Of a stretch of DNA of 39,052 nt, positions 1 to 7,555 are shown one piece after another. Each line of letters starts with the position of its first letter. Positions within the stretch are counted from its first letter, which is position 1. The DNA lies in assembly GCA_033578915.1 (NCBI GenBank), contig JAVQWQ010000002.1, positions 1 to 39,052 of the forward strand. Reading direction: 5' to 3'. The position numbers and the translations under genes were made by a program. This stretch comes from Chitinophagales bacterium (GTDB lineage: Bacteria; Bacteroidota; Bacteroidia; Chitinophagales; LD1). The notes below the pieces were generated by a model. It had not been told where the DNA came from. It saw only the letters and a list, made by a program, of their open reading frames with translations, and made no database searches.

Positions 1-1
1 T

Positions 2-1015
2 GGGTGGGTTTACGAAGGGTTTAATGAAACCTATCGTAGCATAGGAATAGATTTCGAAAAAGATTATTATGAAAGCGAAACCTATCAATTAGGAAAAAAT
101 ATTATAACAGAGGGGCTTGAAAAAGGAGTTTTTTATCGTAGAGCGGATGGGGCTGTAGCAATAGATTTATCTGCTGAGGGACTGGATGAAAAGGTATTGC
201 TTCGCAGTGATGGCACCGCCATTTACATTACACAAGACCTTGGAACAGCACAACTAAGATACGAAGAATTTAAGCCGGATAAAATGATTTATGTCGTTGC
301 CAACGAACAAGACTATCATTTTAAGGTATTAAAATTAACCTTGCAAAAATTGGGTAAAAAATGGGCTGACGGCATTTACCATTTAAGCTACGCGCTCGTT
401 GAATCACCCACCGGAAGGTTTAAAAGCAGAGAAGGCAAAACTGCTGATGCTGACGATTTAATTGCTGAGGTGCTCCGCATTGCAGCAGAAAAAACAGATG
501 AACTCGGTAAAATAGAATCTTTTAATGCAGATGAGCTAAAAGAATTACACCGGACCATAGGCTTGGGAGCACTTAAATATTTCATTCTTCGGGTAAATCC
601 ATTTAAAAAAATCATTTTCAACCCCGAAGAAAGCATTGATTTTCATGGCCAAACAGGCCCTTATATTCAGTTTGCTCATGCACGTATCTGTGCTATTTTA
701 CGAAAAGCAACAATAAAAAATCAATTTTTAAATGATACTCTTAAACTACAACCTATAGAAAGAGAGCTCATATTTCACATTTCTGAATATCGAAATATCC
801 TTGCAGTTGCAGCACAGAAATACGACCCTAGTGAAATTGCAAATTATGTTTATAAAGTAGCTCAGTTATTTAGCCGTTTTTACACAGAATTGCCGGTTCT
901 GAGCGCAGAATCAGAAGATTTGCAACAGCTTAGGCTTTTGCTTTGTAACCAGGTTGCGAGAGTTATCAGGGAAGGAATGAAACTACTAGGAATTAAAGTG
1001 CCTGAGAAAATGTAG
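2..1015 (+). CDS. argS: Arginyl-tRNA synthetase, C-terminal ~337 aa (5' end cut by window edge)
   Basis: Frame +2 is open from nt 2 to TAG 1013-1015. The track ORF 197..1015 is only its TTG-initiated tail; upstream it reads GWVYEGFNETYRSIGIDFEKDYYESETYQLGKNII. ArgRS-type motifs are present: VLLRSDGTAIYITQDLG, FKSREGKTA, GPYIQFAHARICAILRK, followed by a C-terminal anticodon-binding-type helical region. Confidence 0.9.
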   Translation, partial: GWVYEGFNETYRSIGIDFEKDYYESETYQLGKNIITEGLEKGVFYRRADGAVAIDLSAEGLDEKVLLRSDGTAIYITQDLGTAQLRYEEFKPDKMIYVVANEQDYHFKVLKLTLQKLGKKWADGIYHLSYALVESPTGRFKSREGKTADADDLIAEVLRIAAEKTDELGKIESFNADELKELHRTIGLGALKYFILRVNPFKKIIFNPEESIDFHGQTGPYIQFAHARICAILRKATIKNQFLNDTLKLQPIERELIFHISEYRNILAVAAQKYDPSEIANYVYKVAQLFSRFYTELPVLSAESEDLQQLRLLLCNQVARVIREGMKLLGIKVPEKM

Positions 1016-1100
1016 CCATTTTAAGCTACTAACAAAATTCTAAGGCATAATTAGAAATAAAGTTGACTTGTAATCTTGGAAAGCAGATAAAAGTTTTTTG

Positions 1101-1358
1101 CTAAGATTTGAGGGAATTTGCTTTTTGAGCAATGCTAGATTTAAGATTGGCAGCTTTGTTTTTATGAATAGTACCTCTTTTAGCCAACTTATCAATTAGC
1201 GAATATACTTTTGGAAGAGCATTTTGAACTTCGTTATAATCTTTAGAAGCCCTGATATTGCGCAAAGCATTGCGCATGGTTTTAGCAAAGTAGCGATTTT
1301 CGAGCCTTCTCTTGGCAGATTGTCTTATCCTCTTTTGCGCAGATTTGTGATGTGCCAT
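1101..1358 (-). CDS. rpsT: 30S ribosomal protein S20
   Basis: 85-aa very basic protein starting MAHHKSAQKRIRQSAKRRLENRYF, the typical S20 N-terminus. ATG start. Confidence 0.95.
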   Translation of the reverse strand: MAHHKSAQKRIRQSAKRRLENRYFAKTMRNALRNIRASKDYNEVQNALPKVYSLIDKLAKRGTIHKNKAANLKSSIAQKANSLKS

Positions 1359-1381
1359 TATTAGAAATTAATTTTAGGGCG

Positions 1382-1389
1382 CAAAAATA
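1382..1389 (-). promoter_or_regulatory. Candidate Bacteroidota -7 promoter box (TATTTTTG on minus strand) for rpsT
   Basis: The reverse complement of caaaaata matches the TAnnTTTG consensus and lies 23 nt upstream of the rpsT ATG. No well-spaced -33 TTTG is present. Confidence 0.35.
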
Positions 1390-1410
1390 AAAAAATTTGA
1401 TAGTTTAATA

Positions 1411-1451
1411 AATAAACAAAAACCGCCTTGCTGGTTTCCCAACAAGACGGC
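1411..1451 (-). terminator. Rho-independent terminator-like hairpin downstream of the oxidoreductase gene
   Basis: 1423-1434 (ccgccttgctgg) pairs with 1439-1450 (ccaacaagacgg). On the minus-strand RNA all 12 positions pair, including 2 G-U pairs, with a 4-nt loop. It is followed on the minus strand by TTTTTGTTTATT (reverse complement of 1411-1422). Confidence 0.6.
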
Positions 1452-1547
1452 TAACCCTAAAACCACTATGGCACGTCTTACCCCATAAACGTGCAGTGCA
1501 AAGAAAAAAATTTATCTGAAAAGAAAAAAAACATCTGAAATTTTTTT

Positions 1548-2543
1548 TTAATGGAAACTCTCCAAAACTTCCTGATTACGTTGGTTAATGTGTTCTAATA
1601 TATCTTTTGCGAGAATTAAGGCTTTGTAACCATCGGAAAGCCCCACAGGAACAGGTTTGTTTTTTGTAATACTGTCGTAGAAAGCCCTGAACTCTAATTC
1701 AATTGCATTGATGTCTTTATGCGATAAAGTCGTAGTGGTAATGTATGCTTCTTTTCCATTAAAAGTAAAGGAAACTGCACCGTTAAAATTGTAGGGTTTT
1801 TGGTAGAGCAATTGAAGTATTTCGCTTTTGCCTTGCAAAAAATCAATACTTATATATTTACCTTTCTGGAATATTCGCATCTTACGCATGCTCTTCATAG
1901 CTATCCTGCTGGCAGTTACATTTGCCACGCATCCATTTTCAAACTCTATTCTTGCATTTGCTATATCCGGGGTGTCGCTTAAGATAGCTACTCCGCTGGC
2001 GTGTATTTTCCTGATGGGCGAAGAAACAAAACACAACATAATGTCCAGATCATGAATCATCAGATCGTGGATAACACTCACGTCTGTCCCGCGCGGATTA
2101 AACATCGCAAGGCGATGAACCTCTATAAATAACGGATTAATCTCATTAAATTTTAAAGGTAATATGGCGGGATTAAAACGCTCTACATGGCCCGCCATTG
2201 CTTTAATCCCTTTTTCCTCGGATAATTTTAACAAAGCGGCTGCCTGTTCGGGGGTTTCAGTTATGGGTTTCTCTATAAATACATGTTTACCCGCAGTTAT
2301 AGCTGCCTTTGCCACTTCGTAGTGAGCAGAAGTAGTGCATACCACATCTATAGCATCACAAAGACTGATTAACAAATCAGAATCATCGAATTTTTTTAAG
2401 CCTGCCTTTATTCCATCCTCTTTGGCATGAGGGTCTGGGTCGTAGAATCCAATAATATGGTAACCTGGGATATTTTGAAGTATCCGGGTGTGAATTTTAC
2501 CCAAATACCCCATCCCAAAAATACCGATTTTAATTTTTTCCAT
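1548..2543 (-). CDS. Gfo/Idh/MocA family NAD(P)-dependent oxidoreductase
   Basis: 331 aa. N-terminal Rossmann motif IGIFGMGYLGKIH, EKP motif (HVFIEKPIT) and a C-terminal alpha/beta oligomerisation-type domain typical of the family. Confidence 0.8.
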   Translation of the reverse strand: MEKIKIGIFGMGYLGKIHTRILQNIPGYHIIGFYDPDPHAKEDGIKAGLKKFDDSDLLISLCDAIDVVCTTSAHYEVAKAAITAGKHVFIEKPITETPEQAAALLKLSEEKGIKAMAGHVERFNPAILPLKFNEINPLFIEVHRLAMFNPRGTDVSVIHDLMIHDLDIMLCFVSSPIRKIHASGVAILSDTPDIANARIEFENGCVANVTASRIAMKSMRKMRIFQKGKYISIDFLQGKSEILQLLYQKPYNFNGAVSFTFNGKEAYITTTTLSHKDINAIELEFRAFYDSITKNKPVPVGLSDGYKALILAKDILEHINQRNQEVLESFH

Positions 2544-2567
2544 CTTTCATAAACGGCTTTTCATTTA

Positions 2568-2605
2568 TGCAAAAAGCCGCACTGTGTTAGTCTCCAGTGC
2601 GGCTT
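2568..2605 (-). terminator. Rho-independent terminator of rpsA
   Basis: Perfect 9-bp GC-rich stem gccgcactg (2576-2584) / cagtgcggc (2595-2603) with a 10-nt loop. A T-run follows on the minus strand (reverse complement of aaaaa 2571-2575). It lies 20 nt past the rpsA stop. Confidence 0.75.
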
Positions 2606-2624
2606 AAGCTCGTTATCTGAAATT

Positions 2625-4544
2625 TTATTCCGATTTTTTTTCAGATTCCTTGCCCTCCATTTGCTCTTTAATCTGGCTAAGAATACCGAGATCGCCCAGT
2701 GTAGCTTTCTCTACTTTCTGCTGCAGATTGGCTATTTCTTTTTTGGTTCGCTTAGCCTCTGCTTTGCGCTCGTTCTTCTCAGCTTCTTTTTGCTCTTTTA
2801 ATTTGTCTTCCCATACGCGTGCATGAGATACTAAGATCTTCTTTTCATTGCGATTGAATTCCAACACCTTAAATTCAGCTTTTTCGTCTGGACCCAGAAG
2901 TCCGCCTTGTTCTTTAGCAAGGTGTTTTTTCGGAGCATATCCCTCAAGTCCGTAAGGTAGTAGTACCACAGCTCCTTTATCGTCAATTTGCATTACGGTA
3001 GCCTCGTGTACAGACCCAACGGGGAATACCTCTTCGAATGTATTCCATGGATCTTCCTCTATCTGGCGGTGGCCAAGGATAAGTTTTCGATTTTCTTTGT
3101 CTATTTCGAGCACAACAACTTCTAATTGGTTGCCCACCTTAGTGTACTCGCTAGGGTGATTGAAACGCTTTAACCAGCTTAGGTCGCTGATATGCACATA
3201 GCCGCCAACATATTCATCTAATTCAACAAATACATTGTATGGCGTTAGGTTACGCACTATACCGGTATGCCTGCTACCAACAGGATATTTCTCTTCAACT
3301 TTTTGCCATGGATCATCTGTAAGCCGTTTGATAGAGAGGCTCATTTTGCGCTCTTCGCGGTCTAGGGTCATAACAATGGCCTCGTGTACATCTCCGAGCT
3401 TGAAAAAGTCACGACTGTTAATTGGTGTAGCGCTCCAGCTAATTTCGCTGACATGTACTAAGCCTTCTACTCCGGGCACAATTTCTAAAAATGCACCATA
3501 GTCTTCAATATTTACCACTTTACCTTTAACCCTGGCTCCTATTTCAATATCTTTATCCAACGTATCCCAAGGGTGCGGCAGAAGTTGTTTCAGGCCAAGA
3601 GAAATACGTTTCTTATTGTCATCGAAATCAAGAACTACCACATTGAGCTTTTGCTGCACCTGGAGAACCTCACTGGGGTGGGCAATTCTCCCCCATGAAA
3701 TATCTGTTATATATAGCAATCCGTCTAAGCCTCCTAAGTCTATAAAAGCGCCAAAGTCGGTTATTGCTTTTACAACTCCTTCAAGTACCTGGCCCTTTTC
3801 GAGCTTGCTGATAATTTCCTCGCGCTGTTGCTCGAGATCGCTCTCAATAAGAGCCTTATGGCTAACTACAGCATTTTTAATAGCCTCATTGATTTTCACA
3901 ACTTTAAGCTCCATCGTTTTGCCTACATACACATCGTAATCTGTAATAGGCTTAACGTCTATTTGCGAACCGGGAAGGAAGGTTTCCATACCGTTGATGT
4001 TTACGATGAGGCCACCTTTAGTTTTAGAAGTTATTTTTCCGGTAACAATAGCGCCGGTGCGGTGTGCTTCCACAATATAATCCCAAGCCTTGAGCATCTT
4101 GGCATTTTTGCGGCTTAAAATCAAATGCCCCTTGCTGTCTTCTTTGCTTACCACATAAACCTCAAAGGTGTCTCCTATCTTCAAATCTTCCACATCCCTG
4201 AACTCGCTGCGCGGCACCATGCCATCGCTTTTATATCCACCGATATTAAGTATTACTTCGTGTGGAGTAATTGCTACTACAGTACCCTTAACTATCTCAT
4301 TATCTTCAATAGTTTTTAAAGTTTTACTGTACAACTCATCGTAGTAAGCACGCTGTTTTTCATCGTACCGAACAACATTACGCTTGTCAATGCTCCAGTC
4401 GAAATCATCGTGTGCAGAGGTTGCCGCCTGTGAGGCTTCGTTACTTTCGGTTGTTTCGGTAATAGTTTCGGCTGCTACAGTTTCGTGTCCACCTGTTGCA
4501 GAATCGCTTGGGGTGTAATCGGTTGTTTCCAAAGAATCAGTCAT
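2625..4544 (-). CDS. rpsA: 30S ribosomal protein S1
   Basis: Contains six S1/OB repeats (e.g. GTVVAITPHEVILNIGG, GKITSKTKGGLIVNING, GVVKAITDFGAFIDLGG, GKVVNIEDYGAFLEI, GIVRNLTPYNVFVEL, ATVMQIDDKGAVVLL) and a K/E-rich tail. I prefer ATG at 4544 (MTDSLETT); the track start at 4577 is a GTG. Confidence 0.93.
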   Translation of the reverse strand: MTDSLETTDYTPSDSATGGHETVAAETITETTESNEASQAATSAHDDFDWSIDKRNVVRYDEKQRAYYDELYSKTLKTIEDNEIVKGTVVAITPHEVILNIGGYKSDGMVPRSEFRDVEDLKIGDTFEVYVVSKEDSKGHLILSRKNAKMLKAWDYIVEAHRTGAIVTGKITSKTKGGLIVNINGMETFLPGSQIDVKPITDYDVYVGKTMELKVVKINEAIKNAVVSHKALIESDLEQQREEIISKLEKGQVLEGVVKAITDFGAFIDLGGLDGLLYITDISWGRIAHPSEVLQVQQKLNVVVLDFDDNKKRISLGLKQLLPHPWDTLDKDIEIGARVKGKVVNIEDYGAFLEIVPGVEGLVHVSEISWSATPINSRDFFKLGDVHEAIVMTLDREERKMSLSIKRLTDDPWQKVEEKYPVGSRHTGIVRNLTPYNVFVELDEYVGGYVHISDLSWLKRFNHPSEYTKVGNQLEVVVLEIDKENRKLILGHRQIEEDPWNTFEEVFPVGSVHEATVMQIDDKGAVVLLPYGLEGYAPKKHLAKEQGGLLGPDEKAEFKVLEFNRNEKKILVSHARVWEDKLKEQKEAEKNERKAEAKRTKKEIANLQQKVEKATLGDLGILSQIKEQMEGKESEKKSE

Positions 4545-4758
4545 AAAAATATGCGACCGTAATTTGTATTCCCGCACGGCAAAGCGGGTTTAGTGATTAA
4601 ATAAAAGCATGCGAAGATAATTGATTAATTTACAATAACCAATTTATATAAAATTTATTTTGAGGGGGTGTTGTGAAATTTATTACAAGGATTCTGGCAA
4701 TTCTTGGTTATTTTATATTAAAAACACCAAAGAGTGCATCATAAAAAAGGGCGGGTTT

Positions 4759-4766
4759 TAATTTTG
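4759..4766 (+). promoter_or_regulatory. Candidate -7 promoter box TAATTTTG
   Basis: Matches TAnnTTTG, 10 nt upstream of the ATG at 4777. No clear -33 TTTG. Confidence 0.4.
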
Positions 4767-4776
4767 GTTTTGAATC

Positions 4777-5322
4777 ATGCAAAATACTCTGTTACAGTAC
4801 GAAAAAGTTATTTCACGCTGTCGCGAAATATTTGAAAATAAAACAAAAGATTATGGCACCTCATGGAGAGTGATGCGCCCTAAAAGCATCACTGATCAAT
4901 TATATATAAAAGCTCAGCGCATCCAGAACATTGAAAACTCCGGAAAAAAATTAATTGATGAAGACGTTGATGTTGAGTTTGTAGGAATAATAAACTATGC
5001 CCTGATAGGTTTAATACTGTTGGAAATGGCTCAGGAAAAGCGCAGCGATCTCTCTGAACAAGAAGCTCTTGCCCTATACGACAAGAAAGTAGCAGAGGTA
5101 AAATCCTTGATGATGGCAAAAAATCACGATTATGGCGAAGCATGGCGAAGTATGCGTATAAGTTCATTTACCGATTTAATACTAATGAAAATTTTGCGCA
5201 TCAAACAAATAGAGGACAATAATGGTAAGACCTTAATCAGCGAGGGAATTGAAGCCGGATATGCAGATATAATTAACTATGCAGTTTTTGCCTTGATAAA
5301 GCTTGCTGAAACCGAAGATTAA
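4777..5322 (+). CDS. DUF1599 domain-containing protein (two internal repeats)
   Basis: 181 aa. Two homologous halves: KDYGTSWRVMRPKSITDQLYIKAQRIQNIE and HDYGEAWRSMRISSFTDLILMKILRIKQIE. This is the family usually found just upstream of a BT_3928/DoxX-type gene in Bacteroidota. Confidence 0.75.
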   Translation: MQNTLLQYEKVISRCREIFENKTKDYGTSWRVMRPKSITDQLYIKAQRIQNIENSGKKLIDEDVDVEFVGIINYALIGLILLEMAQEKRSDLSEQEALALYDKKVAEVKSLMMAKNHDYGEAWRSMRISSFTDLILMKILRIKQIEDNNGKTLISEGIEAGYADIINYAVFALIKLAETED

Positions 5323-5334
5323 AATCTCTTTGCT

Positions 5335-5508
5335 ATGAACATCTACTCGCTTTTTTCTCTCATCGCGGCCATTGCACTAGCAGTTTATGCGGTACGTTTT
5401 GCTTTCAAAAAACCTCAACATCTCATTATTACATATTTGCAATTTTTGTCGGCATATTAATTTTAGTAATTTGTAAAGGCTATAGACCCGCTTGGAACAG
5501 CGTATATA
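5335..5508 (+). other. Frame-disrupted N-terminal segment of the downstream DoxX/BT_3928-type gene
   Basis: A 41-codon hydrophobic ORF (5335-5460, frame +1) starts 12 nt after the DUF1599 stop. Frame +3 5433-5462 reads IFAIFVGILI. Frame +2 5462-5470 reads FSN. Frame +1 5473-5508 reads VKAIDPLGTAYI and continues into M5509. In-frame TAG 5464-5466 and TAA 5467-5469 close frame +1. Confidence 0.55.
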
Positions 5509-6606
5509 ATGCACGACTATTTCGCTGCCTTTGGCCAGTTGGGTTTGAAAAATTTTTGGGAAAATATGAGTTTATGGAGTGAGCCTTTGGCCGTGTTTAT
5601 GATTGTGTTTGAAATAACATTAGGTGTAGCGCTATTAATAGGATGGAAAATCAACCTCACGCTATGGTTAAGTTTTGCCATGTTACTGTTCTTTACCTTT
5701 CTCACCGGTTTTACATACTTGAATGGATATGATTGGAAGCTCCTCTTTAGCAAGGGAAAACTTGTTTTCGATGAAAAGAAGATGAAGGTGACAGATTGCG
5801 GATGTTTTGGAGATTTTGTGAAACTTAAGCCGTGGGTATCATTTTATAAAGACATTTTTCTTGATATTTTACTAATTATTCTTATAACAGCCTCTAATAA
5901 AATTGAAGCGCTGTTTTCCGGAATAACGAGAAGCAGTATAGTGTTTATAACAGCGGTAGCTTCATGGTTATTTTGTTTATACAACTCGGTTTGGAATATT
6001 CCGATTGTGGACTTCAGGCCATACAAGCCAGGTAACAATATCAGGGAATTGCGCAAAGAAAAAATTCCTCCTAAAACAGAGATGATCTTCATTTACAAGA
6101 ATAAATCCAGCGGAGAACTGAAAGAATTCAAGATGAATGAACTCTCTCAAATGAAGTACGAAGAATGGGAGTTTGTTGACAGAAAAGACAAGGTTATAGA
6201 TCCGGGAATTCCTGCAGTGATAACTAATCTTTTTATAAGCGACGAAAACAAAAATGATATTACAGATCAGTTGCTGGAAGACACTTCTTACGCATTAATC
6301 ATTGTAGCTTATAAACTCGGCAAGACCAATACCGAAGCTTTTAAAAAACTTAATGAATTAGCCCAAAAAGCAAGAGAAAATAATTTCAAAGTTTACGGGC
6401 TTACGAGTGGAGATATAAATATCGAAGAATTTAAAAAACAACATCAAATAACTTTCCCATTTTACACTGCAGACGAAACTCCATTAAAAACTATTATTCG
6501 TTCTAATCCGGGACTAGTGTTAATGAAAGATGGAACCGTTTTAGATATGTGGCATTACAGGCATTTGCCAGACTTTGAACAAATTCAAAAAAAGTATTTA
6601 AAATGA
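5509..6606 (+). CDS. DoxX/MauE-like membrane domain fused to a thioredoxin-fold domain lacking CXXC (BT_3928-type protein); N-terminus probably incomplete as called
   Basis: 365 aa. Several TM helices come first, then a CGCFGDF motif. The C-terminal TlpA-like fold (YALIIVAYKLGKTN...VYGLTSGD...FPFYTADETPLKTIIRSNPGLVLMKDG) has no redox Cys pair. Confidence 0.7.
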   Translation: MHDYFAAFGQLGLKNFWENMSLWSEPLAVFMIVFEITLGVALLIGWKINLTLWLSFAMLLFFTFLTGFTYLNGYDWKLLFSKGKLVFDEKKMKVTDCGCFGDFVKLKPWVSFYKDIFLDILLIILITASNKIEALFSGITRSSIVFITAVASWLFCLYNSVWNIPIVDFRPYKPGNNIRELRKEKIPPKTEMIFIYKNKSSGELKEFKMNELSQMKYEEWEFVDRKDKVIDPGIPAVITNLFISDENKNDITDQLLEDTSYALIIVAYKLGKTNTEAFKKLNELAQKARENNFKVYGLTSGDINIEEFKKQHQITFPFYTADETPLKTIIRSNPGLVLMKDGTVLDMWHYRHLPDFEQIQKKYLK

Positions 6607-6622
6607 GGTTTTGGGGTGAAGG

Positions 6623-6667
6623 CCTAAAGTTGGTTAAGATCTAAGAATTGAGTTTAGGTTTTATTTC
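6623..6667 (+). terminator. Possible rho-independent terminator
   Basis: Imperfect long hairpin cctaaa (6623-6628) ... tttagg (6653-6658) with further internal pairing, followed by ttttatttc. Confidence 0.4.
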
Positions 6668-6741
6668 ATTTATACTTAAGAAATACTTGTGACGGATATG
6701 GTGCTAATTCACATAAAAATATTTAGTGCAAATTATGAATA

Positions 6742-7539
6742 ATGCCCGATTATACTGACCAGACAGGATATCGCTTTTATATTGCAAATGAGCCTGCAAG
6801 GATTATTTCCTTAGTTCCTTCTCAAACTGAATTATTGCATTATCTCGGATTAGGCCATAAAGTAGTTGGCATAACAAGATTTTGCATTCATCCTAAGGAA
6901 TGGAGGCAAGAGAAAACCATTATTGGTGGAACAAAGAATTTTAAATTTGAAATAATTGACGCACTCAAACCGGACTTAATTATTGGAAATAAAGAGGAAA
7001 ATTACAAAGAGGGAATTGAATTACTAAGAAGAAAATATCCGGTATGGCTCAGTGATGTAAATGATTTGCCCTCAGCCTTTAGAATGATTGAGGATGTTGG
7101 CCTTATGTGTGGAACGACAAAAGAAACCTTTAAGTTATTAAACGATATTTCATTGGAAAGAAAAAAATTTCACGAAACAAAAAGATTGTTGAAGCCCAAA
7201 ATAGCTTATTTCATTTGGAAAAGGCCATATATGGTTGCAGCTTCAGAAACTTTTATAAATTCCATGATAGAGGAAGCCGGATTTGAAAACATATTTAAAA
7301 ACTTCAAGCGCTATCCTGAATTTGAACCGGAAGATTTGAGGCAGTATAAACCTGATATTGTATTTCTATCTTCTGAACCATATCAATTCAGAACCAAACA
7401 TATCGAAGAGTTTCGCAGTATATTTCCTCAGGCAAAAATTTCAATAGTTGACGGAGAAATGTTCAGTTGGTACGGTCCGCGGATTAAAGATGCTTACATA
7501 TATTTTTCTGAATTGTGGAATAAGCTATTAGGCGACTAG
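6742..7539 (+). CDS. TroA/BtuF-like (helical-backbone) substrate-binding protein, cobalamin/iron-chelate type, with no signal peptide
   Basis: 265 aa. PARIISLVPSQTELLHYLGL, VVGIT and KPDLIIG motifs of class III periplasmic-binding-protein folds. Confidence 0.65.
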   Translation: MPDYTDQTGYRFYIANEPARIISLVPSQTELLHYLGLGHKVVGITRFCIHPKEWRQEKTIIGGTKNFKFEIIDALKPDLIIGNKEENYKEGIELLRRKYPVWLSDVNDLPSAFRMIEDVGLMCGTTKETFKLLNDISLERKKFHETKRLLKPKIAYFIWKRPYMVAASETFINSMIEEAGFENIFKNFKRYPEFEPEDLRQYKPDIVFLSSEPYQFRTKHIEEFRSIFPQAKISIVDGEMFSWYGPRIKDAYIYFSELWNKLLGD

Positions 7540-7555
7540 CAAAAGGCCGTTTTTA

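Noticed and set aside
4545-4577. Track start of rpsA at 4577 (adds MREYKLRSHIF)
   Set aside because: That codon is a GTG. An ATG at 4544 gives the N-terminus MTDSLETT, and the extension would run through the leader hairpin. I kept the shorter model.
6607-6741. Possible cobalamin riboswitch upstream of the BtuF-like gene
   Set aside because: The spacer is only 135 nt. It has no B12-box-like GCCACTG core or GC-rich multi-stem structure, and part of it is better explained as the terminator of the preceding gene.
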